Shown here one piece after another: positions 39,783 through 52,900 of a stretch of 64,000 bases of DNA. The DNA comes from Prorocentrum cordatum (lineage: Eukaryota): assembly GCA_963575745.1 (NCBI GenBank), contig CAUYUJ010000202.1, forward strand, positions 1 through 64,000, in the 5' to 3' direction. Each line of letters begins with the position of its first letter. Position 1 is the first letter of the stretch. The notes beneath the pieces were generated by a model that saw only the letters and a program-made list of their open reading frames with translations, was not told the origin of the DNA and did not search any database. The translations under genes were made by a program, and so were the position numbers.

Positions 39783-41840
39783 GTCGTCGTCTTCCCTCCT
39801 CCCTCGTCGTTGTCGTCGTCGGCGTCGCCGTCCTTCCTCCTTCGTCGTTCGCGTCGTCGCCGTCCTCCCTCCTCCCTCGTCGTTGTCGTCGTTGTCGTCG
39901 TTTTCGCGAGCCTCGCTACTATCGTCATCGTGTCTACCGTTGTCGGCGTTGCCATGATACCGCGCCCGCCCAAGTCGCCGACTCGCACTGAAATGCCCGG
40001 TGGGATGCGCTAAGCGGTCAGCGCCACCGCGTTCGCGTCGGTCGCGCCAAACGAGCTGGCCGCTGCGCGCGCGAGCATGCGCGGGCTCGCGCGGCCGCAA
40101 AGATGTACCAGCCAACACCCAGCATTCATCGCAATCGTTCCCGCATGGGTTTGTCAAACCAAGTTGCGGGTGGGTGGGTGGGATGATTGCGCGAGCAGTG
40201 GAATTGACAACTTCAAGTTCGGCAAGTGAATTGCACAACGTAGATTGCATCACGCAAACTGAACCACGTCCATTGACCAAACATATTGTGCACCGCACGA
40301 GTGACTGGCACCACGTAAATTGCACCCCGTACACACAGACACACACGCACACATGTATGTACATGTACATACATACACAACACTTTCCAGATTGAGGGGG
40401 AGGAGGCCGAGGACGAGGAGGATGAGGAGGAGGAGGAGGAGGAGGAAGAGGAAGAGGAACATGAGGAGGAAGAGGAGGAGGAGGATGAGGAGGAGGAGGA
40501 GGAGGAGGAGGAGGAGGCGGTGGCCGCTCGCGGGCCTCGACCTTGGACGCGCGCTGCGGCCCTGAGCGCCCGCTGCCTCTTCTGCTCCGGCTGCCGCTTC
40601 GGCTCCGCATCCTTGCTCGAGCTCCTCTTTCTCATCGTTCCCCCTCACGCGTCCCGCCCCGTCCTCCCCCTCCTCCTTCCCCTCCTCCTCCTCCTCCTCT
40701 CTTCCTCCTCCTGCTCCTCCTCCTCCTCCCCCGTTCCCTCTCCCTCCTGTGGCTGCGTGTCCTGCAGTGGTTCCTTCGCCCCTCCCTGCAAGGACGTGTA
40801 CAACATGGAGAAGAAGAAACTCGGCGAGGGATCCTACGGGTCCGTGTGCAAGGCCACGCACAAGGCGCCCGGGAGGGAGCCCCTATCACTGCAGGAGACG
40901 GGGCGGGCAGGCAGCGGCAGGAAGCCAGTTGAGGAGAGGATACGTCGGGGGAGGGGGTTAGGAAGAGGCCAGCGGCGGAGGAGGAGGCGAAGGAGGAGGC
41001 GGAGGAGGAGTACGCAGGCGGACGAAGAGGAGGAGGGAAAGGAGGAGGGGGTGCTTAACGAGAGAAGGAGGGAAAACAATATTTGGCCAGCAGGAGAGGA
41101 GCCAACTTCTCGCGCTCCTCCCCTGTCCCCTCATCTCCTCTTCATTCTTCAAGCTGTCGCAACTTTCGTGGGCTCCTGGGAGGTCCAGAGGAGTGGGGTT
41201 GTACGGGGATCCAGTTCAGACCTCGCGGCTCCCTGGGGGGGGATGCGAAGTGAGAATCTGTCGCCACTTTCGTTGGCTCGTTGGAGGTCCAGCGGAGTGG
41301 AGTTGTACGTGGATCCAGTCGAGACCTCGCAGCTCCGCGCGGGGTCTGCGACGTGTTAAGTTGTCGCCACTTTCGTGGGCTCCTGGGAGGTCCAGCGGAG
41401 TGGAGTTGTACATGGATCCAGTTGAGACCTCGCGGCTCCCCGCGGGGTCTGCGACGTGTGAAGTTATCGCCTCTGTCGTGGGCTCCTGGGAGGTCCAGCG
41501 GAGTGGAGTTGTACGGGGATCCAGTTGAGACCTCGCGGCTCCATGGGGGGATGCGAAGTGTAAATGTGTCGCCACTTTCGTTGGGTCCTGGTAGGTTCAA
41601 CTGAGCGAAGTTCGGTGATCCACTTGAAACCTCCCGGCTCCTTTGGTGGCTGCAACGTGTGAATTTGTCACCTTTTTCGTTGGCTCCTGGGAGGTCCAGC
41701 GGAGTGGAGTCGTAAGGGGATTCAGTTGAGACCTCGAGGCTCCTTGGGGCTGCTGCGAAGTGCGAGCTTGTCGCCACTTTCATGGGCTCCTGGGAGGTCC
41801 AGCTCATGTGCACTGCGGGTCCTTCTTTGTGTGCGCGCGC

Positions 41841-41873
<33 letters not shown>

Positions 41874-44800
41874 TGTGTGTGTGTGTGTGTTTGTGTGGGT
41901 GGAGGAGTTCTTGTCGCGAAATCATTTTTTACATGTTTTCGGTGTACTCGACGTTGAAATCCTGACGAAGCTTCAGGTGTTTGAAGGATTTCGGCACGCG
42001 ATCGCTGGGATCTGGGCGGTGCGAACTATGTGGTTCGCTCTATATGCGGTGCGATCCACGTGGTGCCATGTATGGGGTGCAATTGGGCACCCTGCACCGC
42101 ACGTGACCACCTCCCATGCTCGTGCAAACAGCCCACCCTCCCACCCGCAACTCGGCCGGCATAGCTCATGATAAGGCAACGCCTGCAGGCCCGATGCGCC
42201 CCCGACTGCACGGCCGCGCCGCGCCGAAGGAGCCCAGGCGGCAAGACGTGCGGATGAGACCCTGGCGGCTCTGGAACCCCCCCATGGGGAGGGGTCCCTG
42301 CGAGCCTCCTCGCGCAATCCTCCAGAGCTCCAGTGAGGCGCCTGCGAGCCCCCCCAGACGGTGAAGGGAAGGCCAGCTCCCGACGGGCTCGGGGCACGGT
42401 ACAGTCGGCCCGGATTAGTAGGTCGACCCTGCCAGCTCAAGGGCACCCTTGCGTCCTGTGCCTCGCGACGCGTGCCTTCTTGCACTCCTGTGGCGATGTG
42501 GCCCTCGGAAGGGTCCTGTGTCCTCTCGCGTGTCCTGTCCAACCAAGGCCGACGGTAGGACGGGCTCCTCGAGTGCAGGCCTGTAGGGGGCCTCATGCGA
42601 ACCCTACCCCTACCCCCCACGATTTCTGAGGGGGAGGGTGGGGTTCACTCCGTTCGGGAGCTCCTGAGCGAAATGAGCCCCACCCTCCCCCTCAGAAATC
42701 GTGGGGGGTGGGGGTCGGGGTCGCATGGGGCCCCCTACAGGCCTGCACTCGAGGAGCCCGTCCTACCGTCGGCCTTGGTTGGACAGGACACGCGAGAGGA
42801 CACAGGACCCCTCCGAGGGCCACGTCGCCACAGGAGTGCAAGAAGGCACGCGTCGCGAGGCACGGGACGCAAGGGTGCCCTTGAGCTGGCAGGGTCCGCA
42901 TGTGGCCCCCTGGCCTTGCCTCGGGATCCTGCGGGCTGCTCTCGAGATCCCTCGTGTGCGGGCGCCTGGCCATGTATGGCAGGCCCCCAGCGAGCCACGG
43001 CGTGGAGCTCCCGCGACGACCTGGGCCCGCTGCCCCCCCCCCCCATGCGAGGAGGGCGGAGCGCGCGGAGGGGGGCGAGGAGGGAGGAGGCTCTCCTGCG
43101 CGCGGCGAGGGGCGAGGGCAAGAGGGGGAGGAGCGCGAGAGAGAGAGAGAGAGAGAGAATTGAGAGAGAGAGAGAGAGAGGAGGGAGCAGGAGAGAGGAC
43201 ACGGGAAGGGCCAGGGAGACAGAGGGGGGGGGACGGGAGGATGGAGGGGGCCAAGGGGACTCTGAGAGGAGGGGAAAGAGGGGAGGGAGCGACATCGGAG
43301 GAGGGAGGAGGGAGGAAGGGAGGACCGGAGAGCCACGCGGAGGGAGGGGACGATGGCACGCAGGACATAAGCGAGATAGAGATAGAGAGAGAGAGAGAGA
43401 GAGAGACAGAGGGAGAGGGAGGGAGAAGAGGGAGAGAGAAGAGGGCTCAGGAATGGACATGGAGAGGCGCAGTGAGAGACAAAAGGGAGGACGGAGGACG
43501 ACGCAGGACGCAACGAGGAGGGAGAGGAAGAGAGGGAGCGGCAGCGGAGAAGGGAGGGAGGGAGGCAGGCAGGACCGCGCAGGGGATGGCAGGGGAGGGG
43601 TCAAACTGGTGGCCCCTCGATTCCCCGCGGGGGAGCGGCGCGTAGGAAACAGAGGAGTGGCCACTCGACTCCCACAGGGGAATGACGCGCACCTGGCCCG
43701 CACGGTACTCCAGATTTCGTCATAAAAGGGAGGGGGTTTCAACCCTCCCAGACGAGAAGTTTTAGACCCCCCCCCGTGGGAGAACCCTCCAAAACATCGT
43801 CCCCAGACCCCCCCAGGCCCTCCAAGATAGCCTGGAAGAGACCCCCCCCCCGAAATGAGACCCCCCTCCCTTTATTACGAAATCTGGAGTATCTTTGGAC
43901 CGGGCTTCGTCCCAGGAGCTCCTCCCCTGTCTATCAACGCGTGCGCATCGCGTGTGATTTGCTCGACAGGGACCCGCGCCACAAGATCATCATCGATCAA
44001 CGCGTGTGGCCCGCATGGTTTAATTTGACAGGGGCCATGCCTCTGACAAGCACAAGAGGGCGTTGCAATAAATTCGGCATGCGCGCGCAAAGACCTCCGC
44101 GGGCAGGAAAGTTGAACAAGTATCGGTTTGCCAACGAATCGCAAGAGCGCGCGGGATGAACATTTGAACACTTCCTAATGAGCAGCCATTCGGTTTTTGA
44201 TGGTTTTATGCTGAAGTCGTGGCGAAAACAAATGGTTTCGGAAGGGTTTCGTTTGGCGCGCTCTCTTGTGGGCCGTCTGGTATTATGTGATCGGGATTCG
44301 TGCCACAAGCTCATCTTAAATCAACGCATGTGCACCGCATGGTGTTATTTGACAGGAATGAGGGGGTGCCGACACCGGCCTGGCTGGGACGGTATGAATT
44401 CATTTGGAGAACGATCAGGGAGGCACCATCATATGTGAATTGCAATACCCCTTGGGGGGGTCGGGTCGATAGGTCCGGGGGGTGATGGGGGTATAATCTA
44501 GTTTCTTGTAAGAAGGAAAATCTATGTCGAACAATCTATCTGGTGCAGTCTGTGTGGTGGATTCTCGGTGGTGCGATAAATGCGATGCGATCTACGTCGA
44601 GCAATCTATGTTGTGCGATCGATGTGGTGCAACCCACGCAGTGCAATCATGCGAGGCCGCGACGAGGCGGCGACGGGGAGGCGACGGCGACAACATAGCT
44701 GCCAGACCGACAACCAGGCCCAGACGACGGGCGCCCACGAGGCGGCGACGGACTTACGCCGGCGACAACACAGCCGCCAGACCGACAACCAAGCCGAGAC

Positions 44801-46955
44801 GACGGGCGGCGACGAGGCGGCGACGGGGCGGCGACGGCGATAGCGTAGTCGTCAGACCGACAACAAGGCCCAGTTCTTTAGAACTCCAAAGCACCGCAGA
44901 GCAAGACGCAGCAGCGCAAAGCAGTGCCAAAAAATACAAGGCAAGGAAAGCCAGTGCGAAGCAATCTGTGCGGTGCAATCTATGCGGCGACGAGGCGCCG
45001 GCGGGGCGGCGACGGCGACAACACAGCCGCCAGACCGACGCACAGGCCCAATTCCTTCTATTCCAGAAGGCCGAACCCCCGATCGCCCCCTGGGGCCCAG
45101 GAGGAGGAGGAGGAGGAGGAGGAGGAGGAGGAGGAGGAGGAGGAGGAGGAGGAGGAGGAGGAGGAGGAGGGGGAGGAGGGGGAGGGGGAAGGAGGGCTTC
45201 CTCCCTGCTTGCGCGATTTTCTCGGGGCCCATCCAGAGCAGGCACCCCTTGCCGCCCCCGACCGTGCCCCTTCCGCTCCGCTCTTCCCCCCTCCCCTCCC
45301 CTCCCCCGCCACGAGTCCACTGGCGTCCAGCGCGCAATCAAGACCATCGCGAAGACGAAGATGAAGAACATCGAGCGCTTCAAGAAGGATGGGGGCATGG
45401 GCAGGGGGACAAAAAGTAACATAAGCATAAAAACTCGGAGGTCCGCGCGGATTTCTCGGATCGGCGCTGGACCCCCTCCCTGGCGCGCGGAGCGCGCCAG
45501 GGGCGGCGCCGGAGGCGCCGCCGGGGGCCCCCAGCGCCGATCCGAGAAGTCCGCGCGGACCTCCGAGTTTTTATGTCTATGCCACTTTTTGTTCCCCTAA
45601 TGGGGAAGGGGGGGCAGGGGGCCTATGACGAGGGGCGGGAGGACGAGGAGGCGGCGATGGGCCGAGCAGGGAACACCAGCACGGGCATCGACTCGGAGGT
45701 CTGCGCAGGTATCCTGGGTCTGTGCCAGGGCCTCCCTTGCAGGAGGGGTGGCCCTGGCGGCCCTGGCGCCGATCCAAGGGATTCATGCGGGCCTTCGACA
45801 GTTGATGTTCATGCAGATCTTCTTCCTCTAGTGGAGGAAGCCTCCTCCTCCTCCTCATTCTCCTCCCCCTCCTCCTCCTCCTCCGCCTCCCAGGTCCGTT
45901 TTCGCCTGACAGACTCGCAGGCGCGCCCTGGGGAGGGAGGGCTGGGTCAGTGATCGGGCTCGGTGTTTGGCTTCAGAACCAGTGGCGGGAGGGGCACTGG
46001 CCACTGCCTTGCCCCCCCCCTTCCCCCTGGTTGCATCGAGGCCAGATTGAAGTCGGGGGCCCCCAAACGAGGAGGTGACCACACCGTGCGGTGAGTCGGT
46101 GGGGATTCGGGGTCACCGCACGGTTTTGGGACTTGAGGCCCTCTCCGAGGACGTCTCGGGCGACAAGGGCCTCCGGGGTCCCAAGACCGTGCGGTGACGG
46201 ACCGTGCGGTGAGGTCCCTTGGGGTTCCGAGGTCACCGCAAGGTCTGTCACCGCACCATTTCGGGACTCCAAATGAAGAAGGATGAGGGAAGTGGGTGCG
46301 TGGGAGGAGAGCAAGGGGATAATGAATGCGTCGAGGCGGCAGGAGAGTAATAGGGAATGTCGGGGGCAAGGATGAAATTGATAGTTCATGACTAACCAGA
46401 CCCCGCGGATAATGAAGCATCCCCCCTTAACCCTTGTATCTGTTTATCCATGAGATTGACTGTGGTTCACTTGCCACAGCCGGCGTGGAGGCCGAACTTT
46501 CTCATCCCCTCCAAAGTTCTTATCGTAGTTCAGATCTTCATCTCATGCATGGCACAATTAGTAACCCCTATTATCATATTTGTGAGGGTGTCTCAGGCGA
46601 AGCGCACAGTTTCACATCGATATTTTCGGGAGAACAGTTTTGTCTCCTCCCTGGACCCCGAACTTCACATTATCCCCAGAGGATTATTCTCACTGGCATG
46701 CGGTTTGACTGTCGTTGCTGCTTGCGGTGAGCACTAGGGCCGCGTGTGTGACCAGCATAATTTTGAGTTGTGCAATGGCGATGGCAAGGAATGTGACTAT
46801 TCTCCAACTAGGCTTGCCCTATAGGAGTCCTAGCTCAAACCTTACTAGTTGGTCCCCTGCCCCCCTAATTCCTATGCCCCTCTTGGTTCCTATGGCTATG
46901 CCTATGCCTATGCTGTTGCCTCCCCTAACTCCTATGCCTACGCCTATGCCTGTGC

Positions 46956-46987
<32 letters not shown>

Positions 46988-49900
46988 GCGCTTCCACGCT
47001 CGCTCGCTTGCCTGCTTGCCTGCTTGCCTGCTTGCTTGCTTGCTTGCTTGCTTGTTTGCTGAGTTGCGGATTCCAAGCATGCTTGATTCCTCCGATTCCT
47101 TGATTGTAATGGCCTCCGGCCAGTGCCGCCGATCCGGGGCGCTCCCGATGCGTGTGGGACGGACGATGACGACGACGACGACCGACGACCGGGTCAACGA
47201 CGGACGATGGTGACGACGACGTCCCTCCTCCCCCCGCTGCCCTCCCCGGTTTCTTGGACCCCCCCCCCGCTTGAGCTCGACCCCCCCGTCCGTCCCCGCT
47301 CTTGATTTGAGTCGTCTAATCCATTTGGAGCCAACGCTGGCTGATCTGATGAGCAGTGCCGAGCTCTTCGAGTCTGGGTGTCTTTGTTTTGAAGGCTACG
47401 AGGGAGGCACGCTTGTTCGAAAGTTGTCAGGCCCATCTCCCAATGTTCTCAATCACTTTGTGCCTCTCCGCCATTCTTCGACTGTGTGTTCCTCTTCCTC
47501 GTCTTCGGTGGAGTGCGGCGCGAACCCGTCGTTGTTCAGGCGTTGAGAGCGCGCACCCCCTCAGCTGAGTGAGCGCGTCGCCTCCGAACTGCATGTATGG
47601 CACCACATGGATGAACAGCGGGCGCCTCCGCGGACCTCTCTCTTCCCCTTTCCCTCCCTCCAGAGACCTCCAGAAACCTCGGGGAACCCGCCGAGGGCTG
47701 TCGCACAGCGACCGTAGATCTCCTACAAGCTCCCCTTCTCTGCTCCGCCCCCTTCCCTCCTGCTCCTCCTCCCAGATGCCCCCCCTCCCCTTCCTTCTTC
47801 CTCCCTCCTCCTCCCCCCTCCCTCTCCTCCTCCTCGCCCCACCTCCTCCCTCCCTCCTCCACCCCGTTGCCTCCTCCCTGGTGGTCTTCTTCGCCGTCGC
47901 CGCCGTGTCGTCTTCGCCGCCTCGTCGCCGCCTCCGTGGTCGACGCCGCCCTCGTTGCCGCCTCGTCATCGGCGCCGCCTCGTCGCCGCCTCGTCGCCGC
48001 CTCGTCGACGCCTCGTCGACGCCGCCCTCGTCACCGCCTCGTCGCCGCTTCGTCGTCGGCGCCGCCTCCGTGGCCGACGCCGCCCTCGCCGCCGCCGCCT
48101 CCGCCCCTCGCCGCCGGCCCTCGGCGCGGCGCGCGCGGCGCCGGCCGGCAGGAGATCGCGATCATGAAGAGGCGGCCGGCTGCCGCCTCGCCGCGGGCGG
48201 CCTCGTCCTGCTCAGCACGCCCGAAATGGGTACGGAGGTTTCCGGGCGGGGTGGGCTGTCGGGCCCCCATCTGGAGGCCGTGGGGCAGCACGGGGGCCGT
48301 GGCCAAGACTGGAGCCGGAAACATCGTTTCGATCTTGGCCACCGTCCATTTTGGCAAGCGTCACTCCGTTTTGGACGCCCGAAATGGGTACGGAAAGAAT
48401 GGGTACAATGCTCAACAACAAATGTTGTCCCAAACCAGCAGCGGCCGCTGTTGGGCAGGCGGTCTTCTGTCTCAAATGGACACAGGCCGCGGCGACACCG
48501 ACAGCGAATCCTGTTCAGAATGAGCAGGAACTGCTGTAGGGCATTGTGTACCCATTCTTTCCGTACCCATTTTGGGCGTCCAAATGCTCGTGCTCTGTCG
48601 TGCATGTCCTCCTGCAGGCGGGCTTTGGAGGACAAATAATTAAGGTGACAGTCAAGGCATATTCTCAAGTCGGGCTTGTCCCCTACAGGGGTATTTTCGA
48701 CGAAAAAATTTAAATACTCCAAACATAGTCAAACAATAGTCCGAACATAGTTGTTTTTTTGCTCAACTTTCGTCGAACATCCCCCTGTAGGGGGACATGC
48801 CCGACAAAAACAGATTCGGGCATGGCCAGACATAGTCAAAAACAGCATCGTCCCCAGACCATTTTTTTGGAGACCATCTCGGAGGGTCCTCCCTGCAGAG
48901 GGCCGTGCCCGACTTGCGCTCGTCCCCGTCCCCGTGTGGTCGCCGTCCCCCGCGCTTCTGCTCCGCCTGCCTGTCCGCTGCTCCCCTCTCCCGCCCCCGC
49001 CCCCTCGCCCCGCGGGCACGCTTCCGGGGCGCGCTCGTGCCTCGCTGGCCATGTGGCCCTTCGCCCTTCCGTGCTTCTGAGGCGCCGTTTTTCTTCTTCT
49101 TCTTCTTCTTCTCCTTCTTCTTCTTCTTCTTCTTCTTCTTTCTCTTCTTCTTCTGCTTCTTCTTCTTTTTCTGCTTCTTCTTCTTCTTCTCCTTCTTCTT
49201 CTTCTTCTTATTATCCTCCTTCTTTTTCTTCTTCTTCTTCTTCTTCTTCTTTGTGTCATTATTAGTTGTCTTTTTTATTAGTTTTCTTCTCCTCCTTATC
49301 CTCCTTCTTCTTCTTCGCTCCTCGCTCCTTCCTCATCCCTCCTCGTCCTCCTCGTCCTCCTCGTCCCTCCTCCTCCTCGTCCTCCCTGTCCCCATCGTCC
49401 TCGTCCTTCCTCGTCGTCGTCGTCCTCCTCCTCCTCCCTCCCTTGACCGCCCCACTTGACAGGGGCAGTGCCAAGACGGCTCTTGGATTTTCGCCTGACG
49501 CTCCTGGGTGGGGTCGGCGGGTCATGGACCACCCGAACATCATCAAGCTGTTCGAGACCTTCGAGGACGCATCAATTCGCAGCTACACTATTCACAGAGG
49601 GCCTGCCACCGTCCTTGCTGCCTCTCCGTGTCTCGATGCGAGGCCCCTCTTCGCGGCATGCACCTCCCGGGCCATTCTCTACACGCCTCCCCACTTCTTC
49701 GTCTGCCAGTCGGTCGGTGGGCCCGCCGGCTCGTTGGGCGGTGGTTCCTCTGGGTCTGCGCTTGTGCTGGTGTGTCGGTTTGCCGTTGCGTCGGTTCGCC
49801 GGGCCGCCGGTCGGTCTGTCGTTGGGATGCCCCGCCCCTCTGTCTGCCGCTGCCGTCTGGCCTCTCGGGCTGCGCGTGCCGAGAGGCCGGCGGGCGCGCC

Positions 49901-52900
49901 CCGGTCTCCCAGATCCCGACGCGTGCCGGGCCGCGTGCCGTCACTGGCCGTCTGTGCGCCCTTCTGCTGCAGTTCTCGCATCTTCTCTCCCCGTCTGGCC
50001 CTCCTATCCTCCTCCTCTCCCTCCTCCTATCCCTCCCGTCCCCCTCCCGTCCCCCTCCTATCCCTCGGAGGGATAGGAGGGACAGGAGAGACGAGGGAAG
50101 CGGGGGATAAGAAGGGATAGGAGGGACGAGGGAAGCAGGGGGATAGGAGGGACAGGAGGGATAGGAGGGACGAGGCAGAGGAGGGATTCCCTCCTCTTCT
50201 GTTCCCCTGCTTTCCTCGTCCCTCCTGTCCCCCATCCTTGCCCTTCGGCTCTGCGTCGCGTTGGCGCAGCGCGCGTGCCGCCCTGTCCTCGACGAGCAGG
50301 TGGTGTTGGGCCTTCGGAGAGCGGGCGCTGCAGCTGCGAGGAGATGTTGGGGGGCCTTCGCCCAGTTTCCCTTTTTGGGGCCCCCAGGGAGGCCCTCGTC
50401 GCCACCGCTGGATTCGCCCCGAAATTCTGGTCAGAACGCACTCTGGGAGAGGTCTGGGGAGTAGCGGCATCGGTGCTTTTTGGTTCCCCCAGATAGGGGG
50501 GGGGGGGGGCAGCGATGGCTGCCGGCAAGGGTGATTTCTCATAAGGTGCTGAAGGAGTCGTATAAATAACGACCTCCAATCTCTAGTCGGCATGGTTTAT
50601 GGTTAAGACTAGGACGGTATCTGATCGTCTTCGATCCCCTAACTTTCGTTCTTGGCCCCGAAGGGGCCTTCTGGGGCCCCAGATGGGGGCCTTGACGGCC
50701 CGAGAAGGGCACCTTTCTCCCCCCCCCCCCCCTCAGGCGATCGTTCTCCCCGCCGCCGGGCCCCGCTGGCCCAGGGCGGCGGCGGCGCGGCGCCCGTGCC
50801 GAGGCGAGGCGAGCGGCCTCTCCGAGGCGAGAGGCGTCGGGGCGAAGGGCAGATTGAGACGCCCAAGACTTGGCATCGCTCGGACGTGTGCATGCGTCCT
50901 CCGGCGAGGACCATCGAGGAGCATCCTTGATCGTTTGGCGAAGAAACCGCGCACGCAACCGAACAAAAAAACACAGGGAATGGACGTCCGAGCGATGGCC
51001 ACGCTCGGCGGCGCGACCCGTTCACCGTCGCCGAGCAGCGGCCACGAACTCGCTGCCCAGGCGATGCTCGGTCGCCGCAGGCCCCGCCCTCGCCCGACGC
51101 CCCTCGCCGGCACACGCGCGGCCGGCAGGGCGCCCGCCGGGCCGCCCCGCCTTGGAGGCCGTGGCGCTCGCCTCGGCGGCGGGGGCCCCGCGAGGCGCAA
51201 GGCCGCGGGCTCTCGAGGGCCCAGGGAGCACTTGGCATCGCTCGGACGTGTGCATTTTTTCTCGGCGAGAACCATCGAAGACCATCCTGGACCATCGAGC
51301 AAACAAAAACAAAAACACGCACGGAGCCGAAAAACGCACGGGAAATGGACGTCCGAGCGACTGCAAGAGCAGCGAGGGGCTCGAGGCTGCAGGCTCGCCT
51401 CCGAGGCTCGAGGCCCGAGCCTCGAGCCTCGAGGTCCGAGGGCCGCACTGGCCCGAGAGGCCTGGAGAGGGGCCTGCCCACGGTGAAGTCGGGCCTGCCC
51501 CTCTCCAGGGGGGATGTTCAGAAGTCATCAAGAAATATGGTCCGGGGACGATTTCTGGACCGCTTCTGCATACTTTGGGGTATCCTTTTTGGCTGTTCTT
51601 CACTTTTGGCCCCAAATCCCCCTGTGGGGGGACAGGCCCGACTTGAGCCCACGGGGAAGTCCCGGTCACCCGCAGGGTCGGGGGGCGTCTCGTGGACCGC
51701 CTCGCCGATCTGGGCTGCGCTGCGCGGTCTGGGCAGGTGCGGGGGGTTCTTCTCCCGGCCTGCGGCGGAGGCGGGGGCGCGCTTCGCGCGGGGCGGAGCG
51801 AGAAGTGGTAAATCTAGGGTTAAGTCGGGCCTGTCCCTCTACAGGGGGAGTATTCAAACATAGTCGGGGGACTATTTTTTGAGTATTTTTGAGCATGTTT
51901 GGTGTATTTTTTTTATGATGTTCACTTTTCGCCCGATATCCCCCTGTAGGGGGACAGGCCCGACCTAAGTCTAGGGCCAGGAGAAGGGATGATCAGTTCA
52001 GGGAAGTGATGAGTCTAGACGTGCTAAGCATCCTCTGCCTCTTGTCGGGGGGGGCTCGGATCGTTCTGGGAGCCACAGGTATTCATCCCCGTTGTCGATA
52101 CTGCTATCGACTAGTAGTCTGTAGAGCGTGCTATCAAGGTAAGACCGCCGCTGGCAGCCGGTAGCGATTGCTGGCAGACTTTGCTGAATTTGCATCGTGC
52201 GCGTTGATCTACGACCTGGGTTGGATCGCGACTGAATGAAGTTACGCAGCCGTCAGTGAGGAGCCGTCAATAGATGACGCCCAGCTTCAATCCGAAGTTC
52301 ATGCGACACATGTTCAGGTGCTGCTTAGCAGGCGTTGTATTGGTTTGAGCAGCGCTCTCGCGATAGACCAGGTAATGGAGCACCCCGCGCATCACCGCTT
52401 TCGCTTTCGGCTGAGAATATTGAGAATTTCTGAGGCGCCTCACGAGGAGGTGCTCTGGGACCTCACCCCCAGCAGTACATGGTCAGAGCTGCTGGTTTGC
52501 AGGCAAGACGGGCTACCGTGGCAATCTGGTTCGGAAAGTGGCACCGTCGGAGGCCGCGAGTCGACAGTGGGTCGCCTGCCTGCTGTGTGGCAGCGAAGCT
52601 GCACTCGCCGCGATCTGAGCCCATGGGCCCCTGGGGCCCGTGGGCCAGACTTGCTGGCTGCATGGGCAGGGGCAGCCCGTGAACGGGGCAGCGTGCGACT
52701 GGATCCCAGCGCTCGCAGCCTGCGCCCATGGCCGCCAGCAGCGCCCCCTTGCTGCCCTCGCAGGCCCGTGCTCCGTGCTCTCGTACCGAAATTCGGCCCC
52801 GCAGCGCCCCTCGGTCGCCTCGACTCACCGCCCACCAAACCACCCCAGCCCAACCCGAAGGCTCCGATTTGCCCTCCATTTCCAGTTGGGGGGGGGTCGG

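Noticed and set aside
45046..45070. AQFLLFQK as the pre-kinase exon
   Set aside because: It is out of order (downstream of the glycine-loop exon); 33555-33590 fits instead.
48341..48358. Relict dinoflagellate spliced leader (ACCGTCCATTTTGGCAAG)
   Set aside because: It needs two 2-nt gaps to match, is intronic, and is not followed by coding sequence.
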